Source of the DNA: Laetmonice hystrix
Taxonomy: Eukaryota
Direction: 5' to 3'
DNA: 64,000 nucleotides
Assembly: GCA_965235115.1 (NCBI GenBank)
Contig: OZ249436.1
Coordinates: 12,464,001-12,528,000, forward strand
The notes below the pieces were generated by a model, which had not been told where the DNA came from, made no database searches, and saw nothing but the letters and a program-made list of their open reading frames with translations. This document shows, one piece after another, positions 37,601 through 50,030 of this stretch (its first letter is position 1; each line of letters opens with the position of its first letter). The position numbers were made by a program, and so were the translations under genes.

Positions 37601-40600
37601 GCGACACGTGCGGCGCCGTCAGACAGTCAGCAGCCACATACACACTCTGAATACGGAGAATGAACACGGGATGGGGCCTTGGAGGTCGAGTGGAGTGGGT
37701 GATGCTTTGGGCCACTCGCTCACAGTCAGGGCAGGTTATGCAAATGTCTAGACAAACGTAGAAACTTGTTTTCTGCAAGCTCACAGTGAGAAAGAATAAA
37801 TCTGTTAAATATGATGGACGGAAAAGAAAAGATTTAAAAATATATTTTCATTATTGCAAATTATTTGTTTTGTCAGTTGACATAAAGTCAGGTTTTACGT
37901 TTTTCTTTGCACCATAGCAAATGACTAGTGCGAAGAAAAAAGCTTCCAAGTTTTAGAATTTTACTGGACTGATTGATTATTTGTGCCACTTCAAAAATGT
38001 TTGCACCCAACATGTGCATTATAGGCCCACACTGTTAGAATTGGCTAGCCTTTGGACGATAAATTATATTTGCATACGCTTTGTAAGCAGTTATTATTGA
38101 AGTCAAAATGCTATTCTGGGAAATCATCGTAAAGAGGACAAAACAAACCATTTAAACACAAATTGCCATTTGTGCATTTGGTTCTAGTGTGGGATTATAG
38201 GGACCCAGACCGTGACGAAGCGCTGTATACATATTCAGACCGACCGGTCATGTTCAAACTTTGTTAGGAGACTGAAGAGCCGAGTCACGGCGGTGAGTCT
38301 AGACCCAGAGGAATACCAGATGGCAGCTGTCCACAGGCCCGCCCGCCTCGCCGCGGCCGGTCACTGGGGTGGGGACTACAGCTGGTGCTGCTGTGGATGG
38401 TAACAATGATAATCGCCAAGAAATACTTCATGGAGTAATAATCTCCTTCCTTATTCATTCATTGGGAGGCGTGCATATTAACATTGAGCTTACTAGTAAA
38501 TTTTTAATATACAAGTCAACATTCTGAAAGTGAATAGTGAACTAGTAGGCAACAAGGCTTTCCCACCCACTAAAAGGTCTTGTAGTGCTCTAAAAAGAGA
38601 AAGTACTCTGTGGGCTTAAGATTTGTTAAGTACGTATAGTTTTTGTGTACCTTACTTTCAGTGGCAACTTAAATTTTTCTTGAAGGTTGACCATTCTCCG
38701 AAGAAAAGCGCCCTTTCTAAAGGGAAAGAAAGGTTGAATTGATCCACTTAGCAGCTGAAAAGTCCTGTCACCAGGTACAGCAGACAGCTAAAGCAATAGA
38801 AGGAGAGTCTGACTGTTGTTAAACGTGTTAACATATGAAATGGAGCAATGAGAAAAAAGTATCAAAGGGAAGTTATTTGGAGAATATTTGTGGTGTACTT
38901 ATGTCTGGTAAATTTGTTTTAAACAATTTTGGCGAAGACAGAGGTGACTTAACAACTATGAGATGGTGCATGACATGACAACATGGTGAAAAATGTCTGA
39001 AAGGCGTCAGTTGCATTGCAGTTAGAATTTCTAAGCATTGTTAGGACGGTAATGCATTATATGCCAAAGAAGCTAGTGGCAGAATAATCCTGCTTTAGAA
39101 TTGAGGTCTCGTAGAGTTTACGATTGTTTTTGTCTGGCATGTACCTGGAGGTCACGGCATGTTCATCTGTAGCCTCGAGTTGACAGTCACTGGGACAAAA
39201 CCGCCTGGGGCGACACTCAATAGAACACAGGCGAGGGATGTGGGACAAATGAATACCAGCATCTTTTCAACCATGCAGGGATGCTGACAATTCAGTTCAG
39301 TTAGGCAATCCACTTGTGACATCTCCATATGTGTATTTCAGTCACACCTGTTTACCTGTATCCGTCATCTCACTCTTTATTGATGTGGCTAATGTAAAGT
39401 TTCAAACGTGTCACGTAATAGGGGTGAAGGAAGAGAAGTGTGTACAGTGTACTGTTACTGTTTATTTTTTTCTTTATTTTTTTTCCTTTCGGAATTGACC
39501 ATGCTGCCCCCCCCTTCTAAAATCCTGGATCAGCCCCTGGCATCATATCTTAGCAAGGCTAATGTATGCCGACGGTATTTATTATACATTTCCGAAAGAG
39601 TCCTGTTGAGAGATATGCATCATTTCATTTTTTCCCTTAATCAGGAAGTACATCTACACCTACTTGAAAGTACTAAAATTATTAGTGAAGAAAAAGCAAC
39701 TGTATTTGTAATTGTAAAGTAAATAGAAGATAGATATTCATATTAAACTGTGACAGAACAAAATGATCAGATTGAACCAGATCTCCTACAGTTTGTTGAC
39801 AAGAGAAAGGTAACGAAAGGATAACTTTTGGTGATAGGTATGCAAGAGACCGCCTGGTCAGATGTGGTCTAGAAGGTGGTGTGCTAACGTGACATTGATA
39901 GCCTAGTGAAAACGAACCAAAGCTTATCCATACTTTCTTATATAGGTAAATAAGTAGGAGATGTGTGACTTATGTCAGTCAGGACTTGTGTCTTCATGTT
40001 TTGGCCATCAGCTATGCATGACTGCAGACTGTAGCATGTTAAGTGGATCTTGTGCATTATGCAGGTGAAAAGGTTCAGCGAATGTCAGTGATTAATAGTC
40101 GGGATCTAAATGACGTTCTCTTCCCTCCTTACTTGTTACTAGAGCCACTGAAGTTCCAACGTCCAATATTAAGAGAACAACATAGCAGTCCGAGATATAG
40201 GGGATAATTTGGTGTAACAGAGAGTAATTTAGAATGGCAGACTAGTCACACGTGTGAATTTGTAATGAGTGAACATCCAGGCAGGCCTTAAAAAGAATTG
40301 TTTTTATCCTAGAATGTCTATGGAAACAACTTGATTTGGCCAATGCTAAAATTAGTGAAAACCTTAGTGTAAGGTCACAAGTGAACTAAAGTCCTAAATC
40401 AGTCCTAGAAATCGTATCATTTGGCAAGGGGTAAAATGAAAAATGAAGCTTAGTTCTCCCCCCAAATCCTGAAGACATGTGTCTTTATAAGTTTATTGAA
40501 ATGGTTGGATTCTACAAATCAATTTTTTAAGGATGGCCTAAAGATATCCCTTTTGGTTGGTCAAGCCTAATATCAAGTGCCTAAGGGAATGATAAGCTTT

Positions 40601-43600
40601 AGACCGGTATTACTCACATCCCTGCTGTAGATGACAGGAATGAGACTATGCAGTTGCGAGACTGGCATCTTTTCCTGGCCTCTTGGCTGTCGAGCCAGTT
40701 TAGGGGTCCCAGACCCTAACCAGAAGGAATGTTTGGACAGGTTGAGCGTGTACAGTTGAGTAATTACTCATTGTTGCAACTTGTAATCCCCAAAGGTGTT
40801 GCATTTGACATTAATGACATTAATAATTATTAGTTATTTAATTCTAAATTTAATTTCTTCAACCTTAATTTTTATGTTTCTAGGCACAAAGATGAATTGG
40901 CTGTTGTGGGAACAATGTCACACAAGGTTGTGGTTCATGCAACGGACGATGTGTACAGGACAACCCGTGAAAAGATGACCCTGGCTGAGCTGGAGAGCAA
41001 GAAAAACAGGTAAGCTTCCCCATTGTTTAACAAATTGGTTATACTTGCCAGATGAAGCCCCCAGATTACATGTGTAGGATTACAGTATAAACCGAACCAA
41101 GAGAGAATAGAGCCTTTTGTCACAAATAAGCCAGCAAGGAAGAACTGGATGCATACCTGGTAAATAAGAATTATTAATAAAAGTTAATGAAAGATTGTTA
41201 GTTACTTTTTCTATTTGGAAGAGAAATTTCAAGTTATGAAAATCATTGAGGCGATTGAGTGCAGCAGATGAAAGCTGTTATGGTATACCCACAGAGATGC
41301 AACAATGAACATGTTAAGTTCCAGAAAGATAGCCAAGTCGTATGCAGATCACAAACATCAAATTTTTTTCTGGTTTGGCCAGCCGTTGAATAAGACAAAT
41401 AACTCCAGGGATAAGTGTTACTATGCCAAATGTTGAAATCAAATCAATATCAAGTTGGCTTGGATAACTTTACAAATAGTTGGGAACTGTTAAAGCTGCA
41501 AAATAGGATAGCACTGATGATATACAGTTTAGTTTTGAATTTGTCATTTCTTCCATACCAGTGGTGTAGACAAACTGCTGCATAGAATACTTTTTGAAAA
41601 AACAAGCAGATTTTTACCATTTGTTAGCTGGTTTATACTGCAGTACGATAGAGATGAGTAGTCTTTTTAACACCAGAAAGTGAAAGTGATCCTTGACATG
41701 GCCGCCTTCAAGGCACCTTTGGGAATCCCACAATTTATGGTCAAGTTAATGACACCTCGCTGTCAATCACGGGTAGGGCAGTTAGCACATAGCTCACAGC
41801 GTGTGACCTTCGCTCTCAGGGACAATGAACGACAGGAAACAGAGCATGTAATGAGCCACATGACACGCTCCATCGTAGATTATCTTTGTTTTGAATCCTG
41901 CGTGAATATTTATTACATTGCTGGTCATCAAAGTCATATCTTTTATAACAAAATACTATTCTCTGCTATGGAAAAACATGGTGCAAAACACGTAGTTTGC
42001 AGGATGAGATGCTGAAATGTCATTACCAAGATGTTTCAGTAGCATTTTGGCATGTAGGGAGGTGATGACTAAAAAAGACTAAAAACGTCTAATTGGGTCT
42101 CAACCATGTACAGGAGGGGCAGGGGCGTGACTTTTAGTTTCTTTCTTAAATTTCTGGTTCTTCCTTCTTTCTTTTTCGTGGGACACCCACTAAATTGTGC
42201 AGAATATATGTCTGTCTGCGGTGGTACAATAGTCTGTTCACTCTAAGAAGAGCTCGACCTCGGCCTCATTAAAGCTATTACTTCATTTGGGGTAATACAG
42301 AACCACGCGGAATTTGGTCATATTCTTGAATGACAGGCGGTGATGACTTGTGATACGCCAGCTGTGGGTAGACAGGAGGAGGGGGGCAGGTCAGAGCTTT
42401 AATGAGGCCGAGGTCGAGCTCTTCTTAGAGCGAACAGACTAGTTGGAACAGAAAGTCTGGGATTACCCAAATTTTGTATGGCCTGATATAATTAGATGGT
42501 ACCACATCAGTAGGTGAAAATTGTGGGCTCTCTCTTACGATACTGCCAAATATAGAATCATAGGAGCATAGCAAGTCTTCATTCACAAAACGAACCGGAA
42601 AAATGTAATGTTTCTAAATGTTTGGCAGGACATATTGGATTTATGCCATCATATGTCGATTTTATATATGCCAGTAGAATAAGTTTCCAAGTAGGTCAGA
42701 GGCCAAGTGCTTTTTGTTTGGAATTATTTGTAGATAACTTGGATCCGAATGGTTACAACTTTGGCCGCTGTCATAGGTACATTTTAAGGGATACATACAA
42801 CTTGTTGATGTTCTGTGCTCTATGTTTGATTTTTGGTTCTCAACGTCTGATTAAAAACCAGTGGCAATCCTTCTGTAGTTACATTCTACTTGTTGAGTGT
42901 TTTTTTTTTTCAGGGATGCGACTATTGTCCTGACAGGCAGGCTTATGCCATTTCTCTGGCTTCTGGGGGGGTCTAAAGTGCCCCCTGCCCCTTCAGTTCT
43001 TTCAAACCTCTGGGTTTATTCACCATCACCTTTTCTAAAAGAAATTTGAATTTGCTTTTCAGTGCAAAAGAAATTAAGCCAAGTGGTCCAAATATCAGTC
43101 GCCGTATCAAAAAGGTGGTTAAGCGCAGTGACGTTGAAAGCCGCTCGATGTCCCACAAGATGACCAGTGCCTCTGGTCATCACAATGGAACCATTCACAA
43201 GCCCAGTATTACACAGAAGCCCCAGAACTTCCCTCAGGTGAGAACCCGATGTTATTTACTTGGGCATTCTCAGAAAGATGTACAAGACGTCTAAGGGGTT
43301 CACCGACTGGTCTGCCACCTGCAAACAGAAAGGGGTCAGGATAACTGTTTAAGGACACAGGTGGTTGGGACACTGTGAAAAGGTTTGACCATTTACTGGC
43401 GTCTTAAAAGATATTGTGATTAAGGAGAAAAGTAGAAGCTTGGAGTGTCTCTGTCAAACCTGTTTGATGGGTACCATTCTGGCCAATCAAGTCCATATCA
43501 AGGTCAAACAGAGAAAGAAACCCTTGTAAACAAAATCACCCTCGATTCATGAAGTGAGTACTGGTATCTCATCCTGGAAGATAATAAATCCTTCTCCCGT

Positions 43601-46600
43601 AAAATATTGTCCTCCAAACTATATAGGACATTGCTGGTTTGGTAAGTGGTTTGACATAGAAGCTCTAACTGATGGGCAGTGCACTGGAATGGAAACCTGT
43701 GAAACAGTGCCAAAATATAAAATAAATGCCTTCATCCTTAGGTCACTGCACTTTCAAGCATGATGCACTATAGTCTTTATTTTAGGCTTAAATATTTAAG
43801 GTGTTTCAAAAGAAGATTTTTGATATCTTTTCTAAACAAGTTGCTATCATGCTATACCTGTTATACTTGTTTTATGGAAAAGGTTGTTTGTTAACAAAGG
43901 TGATGATCCAGTCATTCATATGGCTTGTATGCGGTAGCTTTTTCACTGAATGATTACCGGGGTAATATGATTTCAAGGGGTCACGGTCAGGTCAGACGGG
44001 ATAGTGTTCACGCGTGGTTTGGCTGTTCACATATCAGTCACCACTGGTATGTCAGGAGTAAGGCAGGATTTATGGGAAGCCATTCGTACTTTTAGTTTGC
44101 AGTAAACATTTCCCTGTCAGCACTTGATTACAAACAGTTTATGAACTGTATAATTCAGCTGCAGCCTCATTTTGTATATAAATGTTTTCTAAAGGGATGT
44201 CATAGAGAAAACGGAGTTATCTGGAAGTTATTGAAATATTTCATGAGATAGTGATCCTAAGCATATGTATCAACCACATTCCTTACATGGCTAAGAACAG
44301 TACTTCTAAAAATACACGGTCAAGCTGTCCCTTTGAAATGATACGGATCATAAGGTAAACCATATACTAAGGTAATGATAGTCCAGACTGATATTTCTAT
44401 TCAGTATAATATAATGTTCTATGGTTGTGACTGATATTTTTATTCTGTGTTTGTGACTGATATTTTTATTCAGTATATGTTCTATGGTTGTAACAAGCTG
44501 AACATGAAGAGCAAAATTTACGGGTCTGCTTCTGTTCATCAGCAGCTGGAGGTTTCTTGTAATACATTTTGGTCCTGATAGCTAACGTTTTCGTCTTGTA
44601 AGACAAAAACACTGTTGTGGAAACTTTGCAGGTACATGCAGACCTCTGCTTCAGCAGTGCATGAAAGTGTCTTAATTGTGAACATTAGAGAAAAGGTGGA
44701 GAATTCTTTTCAGTAAAATTATCTTAAATGTGAGATAATTTTGTTATTAATTTCAGCATAACAAGTCATCTTTATCATCTAGTCAGAGGCTCGGCCATTC
44801 CCCGCAGTCAACGACAAACAGCAGCTCCAGTGTAACTGTAGGTGGCGCCAGTACTGCCAAACACAGTCCTCACCAAAGTACACCCAATGGTGCAGTAGGT
44901 CGGTCATCACCAAACCCTGCAGTCTACAATCTTCCATACAGGTAAGGCAGACAAGTGCCAAGAGCCATTTTTTTACAATGTATATATTTTGTTGTTTATT
45001 TTATTGTTTCTTATTCTTCCCTATAAAAATAACAACATTATTGATTTTGGGTAAGCAGCACACATTTATTAAAGAGGGAAGGGTTGCAGTCATGTTATCA
45101 AAGACTGAACTTTTTTTATATTTTCTGTTGAATAAAGCCTAAGATATTTCTTAGTAGTAAAACAGATACAATAAATAGCTACACGACGTCTGTACACTTA
45201 ACATGACTATATTTTGAGGGCTGATATGATGGTGATTATATTTTCAGAGAACGAATCATACATCTGCTTGCCCTCAGACCATACAAGAAACCAGAGCTAC
45301 TTGCCAGGTTACACAGAGGTGTGAACATTGTCTATTTACATACATATTTTTTATTCACATTATTCCATTTATATACATATTTTTTATTCATATTATTCCA
45401 TTTAGGGTCATGTATTGTTGCTAACACTGACAAAATTATTCATGTTTGTAAGTTGGATTCTTTCTTCAGGGCACTTTGGCCGGTTTTGTAACAACTTTTT
45501 CTGATTTTGACCAACTTGATCCTGTGAACGTAAAAAGGAATTTCTTTTGAGTCACACCATCTGGTGTCAAACAGCCATTTTTAACCATCCAACCAAAGCC
45601 TTTTTCTGTATAATGGAACAGGCATTTTGCTAAGGATTTGTTAAGGAAAAACGAATAGAAATTTATGGGAACCTAATATGAAGCTTAGATTTTAGAAGCA
45701 GGTTAGAAGGCGAGAGCTCTGCCACATGAGTTCAAAGTTTCTATAATTAAACAACATCCTGCAGGCTGTCACTTGACAGGGCAACAGTATGTTGTGTCAT
45801 TCATACTAGTCTAGTGTCTTACCTGTACATGAAGCGAAAAGTGGAGATCATACTTATGTGAATAGAAAATATGCCTGCCATGAACTCGCTAGCCTGTTAA
45901 AATGTCGACGTCAAAGTGATTTTATCCTCTTGTGCTTCATTAAAATAAATTAAGCAAAAGCCAAAAAAGACCCGGTATAACCAGAATGACATCAGGCAGC
46001 AGGTCAGAGGGCCAGCTGCAGGCCTGGACAATCTCCAGCTGCCTGTCTTGTACCGTCTATTTGTGCTAAGGGCACAATGACGCTTGAAGTGTGAGACTTG
46101 GATTGAAGGAATGTTTAAATTGTTGTTGAACCATACATGATCTGGGATTTGGGACTTAAAATTTGTGTACTAATGCAGTTATCAGGAATAATTAGTAATG
46201 GTAGTTCCCCCCTCCCCCCCCCCCCAAAAAAAGGTATCCACATGTACAGGGCCGTAGGGGGTTTTCAGGATGTTCAAACTACACCCCCCCCCCCACCTGG
46301 CCCTACCTGGACCCATTGTCCCCCCGGTGGTGCCCCTGCCTTTTTATTATTTGATTATGAAGTGATCCCCTTTTGCAGCCTTCCAGTTCCCAGATAGCTA
46401 ATGCAATAGCTATTATCCAGCATTTCTAACTTTGAGAACCCAATAAATTAGGGAGACATTTTGCCTATTTGCTATGTTTCACTCATAAAAATTGTGCTAT
46501 TTTTTTTATAGATTTGAGAAAGAATTTTTGCTCTGAGATGCTCTGAACCCATATTTCTGAACTTCCGAAAAAAAAAACGAATTTCTGGGTGAGAGCCCTG

Positions 46601-49600
46601 AGACCTTCTGCCAACTCGGGCGTCCCAACGGTGGGCATCCTGTTGGTCCCCCTTTGGTCCTCCAACGAACCACCCCAAGGAACGTTGGCAACGGGCCTGC
46701 CAATATTAAAAGTACATTTGTTTTTGTTTCCTTTCAGACGGCATTAAAGACAAGGACAAGAATGCGTTATCAGTGCTCCTGCAGCAGGTGGCCGTGTTCA
46801 GCCCCAGGGATAACTCCTACACCCTGGCCAAGCACCTGTACGGTGACATCCGATCTGACTTTCCAGGCTACACAGAAACTGACAGACAGCTACTCAAACG
46901 GTGAGCAATCTTGATACATGGGGCGAGCACTTAAGTGACTGCTGTGCTGTCTTGATCAGTTGCCAAATAGAACGCAGGGTGCAGCATTGTTCTCTAGCAT
47001 TCAAATCAATATGATCATGGAATATTACCGGGGTACCTCTGTATACATGTCCATAGAAACTAACCTATATAAAAAAAAAAAATTGAAATATTCTTTTCCT
47101 CAAAGTATAAGGCTTTGTTTTTATTCTGCTTTACTAATATTATTTTCTTACTTCTTATGAACATGTCATTAACAGTGTCTGAGTAGTTTAAGAGAGTACT
47201 TAAGAGAGGGATAATGGTTTATCAAGTAGTGTACTAGTTTATATCTGCAGTCGGTGGTTATAGTACCTGAGCTTGATGAGTGTTGCTGTGTTTGTAGGCG
47301 AAAGCCTGTGTCGGAGCCTGGTCAGCCAACAACCAACTCTCCGGCCATTTCTCCAGCACATAGCAACAGCAGTCAGAGCTCCAGTCCCGGTGGTTCTCAG
47401 GTCTGTCTTCCTTCTCCTGCCACCTTCACACAGCCAGCAGCACAGCCAGTACTTTCGCTGAATGGCAGAGGGAGGGAGTTGGGGAATCAGCAGGACCATT
47501 GAAACTGATCACTTCTCAGCTGGATTGGGGGGGGGGAGGGTCATGATGAGTTTGGGGGCATTACAATATATTTCATATAATTTGTGCTTATATAGGGCAG
47601 GTATGCCAATCTTCTGTGGAGCCACAGAAGTCCACATTTTTTCTGCAAAAATATAGACTCCTGAGATTCGTCTAAAACCGAGGTGATAATTTTTGACTAA
47701 GTATGGGAGGGGGGGGGGGGGGCTTCCTGAACCCAAACTAGCAAACACTAGCAGTGCTTGACAAATCACATTTTGAAGCAGTTCTTAACAGGCTACCACT
47801 TTCTGTGGTTGTCCGTCATTCAAAGTTGTAGCCCGTATTTTTATCAGAAGAATTCCAACTTTATCACTTAATCATTTTGAAATCTATATTTATTTTCAAA
47901 TAACTTCCAAATAGTAAGTGTAAAATGTTATAATTACCATTGTTTTAACAACTTCAGAAAAATGGGAAAATGAGAAATTAATTTGAAAAGTACTTTTAAA
48001 TATTTTGCCGGAAACCAGAACCAAACTGGCCAAGAATGGATGGCAATAATATTCTATGACTTTGAATGGTATAGAAGCACAATAGAAGCAGTGGTACTTG
48101 GTGAAAGCTGGGTGATTTCCGTGACATTGTGAGTGTCTGTTGTGAGGATGCACGGAACAGGAAGTTTGTCGTGAGTCTTCAGCCAATGTCTGATCCCTTG
48201 TGGGAGGGAGGTCCGTGGAGGAATTGACAGGATGTAATATGTCCCTACTGACAGCTGCTTCCTGCCACTACAACATTAAGGAAGTCGGGCAAGTTTTTCA
48301 TGGGGAAGTTGTAGACGACCACTGTTGAGACTTAGGAAAATATGTTGTTTTTTTTTTATACAATTTTTGTTCCTTTAAATTTAAGCAGTGTAGTGGTAAA
48401 GTATTGCACTCATGGACTGATTGGTGTGGTAATTGTAGAAACGGCCAACCAGTACAACAGATGATGACCACCTTCAGCCAATGAAGAAACAGCGAATTGC
48501 TCACGAGCGTTCAACAGACACACGGCCATCTGCAAACAGTGATCATCGTCAGGTCAAAGGTCAAGAGGCTCGTCGCGTTGCATCACCAACTTCAACTGCA
48601 TCTCCAAAATCATCACCAAATGAAGTTAGTACCACCACGCCAGATACAACGCAGAACATCTATACACCTTCGATGACTCCGTCATTACCTGCATGCCTTC
48701 CACCTCCACCTGCGCCACCTAAAGGTGGGTACAGGAGTAAGTCGCTATTTTATTCATATTAGATAGTGTGAATAATACTGAATAGTCTTACTTAAGGCAA
48801 AAATTGATGCTCTGAGGCATTAATGGAATAGAAAGTAAATCAGTTCTTTAATGCTGCCTATTGTTACTGCATTTCGGTTTTTCACCTTGTGCTAAGCAGC
48901 TGTGTAAAGTGCATTCAATCATTTGATTATCCACGGAGAACATCATAATCATTGATTTTCATGTTTGGTTTGGAACGCAGATTGCCTAAAAATGCAGAAC
49001 AACAACAACGAGCATCCACCTAACTACACTGCCAAATCTGTTGCCTCCTCCACGTCCAAAACACCGGACTATATGCTGTAAGTAACCTTCAATTTTAAAA
49101 TGGAATGTACATTATTGATGCTTTTGGGGTAAACTGGATGCCTATCCAGGTATATCCATGTAATGCTTTATAGGAATATGCAAAATGACATGTTCTTATA
49201 GCACTAATTGTGTAATCTGATAAATATCGTATTGTACCTATGGTATACTATATCTAGTCAAATAATAAATTCCCTCACCTTCCTATTTCTGTGCTAAGAA
49301 ATCGATACCAAAGTTACCTTGATTTAACAAGTTTTGATAACATATAATGCCTCAATGATCCGTTATTAAAGGCTGCCTTTATGGGTATATTAAGTGAGCG
49401 TAACAGAAGTTCTGACTGCTGTGAAAATTTGACAGGATATTCAGTCCTCTGGTCAGGAATGATCTACAAAGACATCTACTTTTGTTTAACCTCCAGCAAG
49501 TACAAGCAGATACAGAATGGAGAACAGCGACAACAGTACAAGATCGACTTCAATGCAGAGTATGAAGAATACCGTGGTATACACAGCAACATTGACAAAG

Positions 49601-50030
49601 TTACCAAGCGATTCAAGCAGTTAGAGGCATCACTACGGCGGGAGGAGGAGGGGTCAGAGGACTATGAGGTAAATCCTTGACCAGTGCTACAAAAGTGAGG
49701 GTTTCAAGGAAATTAGCGGGTTGGCATACTGAAATGAAACGTATTTGGGTGAACATGATCAGCTTGTTGTAAAGAAAACGTTGGTCAGTTTTGTTGTGTC
49801 GTATACTGAAATGAAAACTACAGTAAAACTATATGTTTTCAATGGATCTAATCTTCTCTTGGGTTTCTTTTCAGAATATAAAGAATCAGATTCTGACAGA
49901 ATATCGAACTGTGCGGAAAGATCCAAAATATGTAGACCACAGGAGACGCTGCGACTACTTGCACAAAAAGTTAGGCCACATAAAGAAGCTGATCCTAGAG
50001 TACGATCAGGCACAGCTCCTCGACACGTAG
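19647..50030 (+). CDS. ELL: RNA polymerase II elongation factor ELL (612 aa). Coding exons 19647-19778, 30023-30070, 32694-32818, 40884-41009, 43063-43237, 44757-44941, 45248-45318, 46738-46900, 47298-47400, 48439-48724, 48981-49077, 49497-49668, 49875-50030
   Basis: N-terminal MAALVEGHQYGLS..HVKLTDSALKALEEF, GSFDCIQQ, ERIIHLLALRPYKKPELLARL, and C-terminal occludin-homology domain (QRQQYKIDFNAEYEEYR..RRCDYLHKKLGHIKKLILEYD). Thirteen GT-AG-bounded exons with consistent phases sum to 1839 nt. Confidence 0.95.
21921..22442. mobile_element. hAT-like MITE with 5-bp TSD nested in the previous element
   Basis: TIR CAAGGCTCGAAATAA / TTATTTCGAGCCTTG flanked by CAGTG on both sides. Confidence 0.88.
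22187..22225. mobile_element. 39-bp hairpin insertion with 7-bp TSD (P-element-like ends)
   Basis: CATAGATATAGAAACACATTATGTGTTTCCATATCTATG is an almost perfect palindrome flanked by CTCTGGC on both sides. Confidence 0.7.
26406..27184. mobile_element. MITE with the same TIR as the 1428-2154 element
   Basis: CAGTGTTCTCCACA ... TGTGGAGAACACTA; flanks CCAGCA / TCAGCA (6 bp, one mismatch); different interior. Confidence 0.8.
27295..29240. mobile_element. ~1.95-kb non-autonomous DNA transposon (possibly Sola-like)
   Basis: Ends GGGCCATTTTCA / TGAAAATGGCCC flanked by ATAT; motif GTCTTTACCGTTAC and variants recur more than ten times in both orientations; no long ORF. Confidence 0.75.
42230..42441. 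mobile_element. Foldback MITE with TAG..CTA (Academ-like) ends in ELL intron 4
   Basis: 47-bp inverted arms (TAGTCTGTTC...CATTAAAGCT) with one mismatch; no matching TSD seen. Confidence 0.7.
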
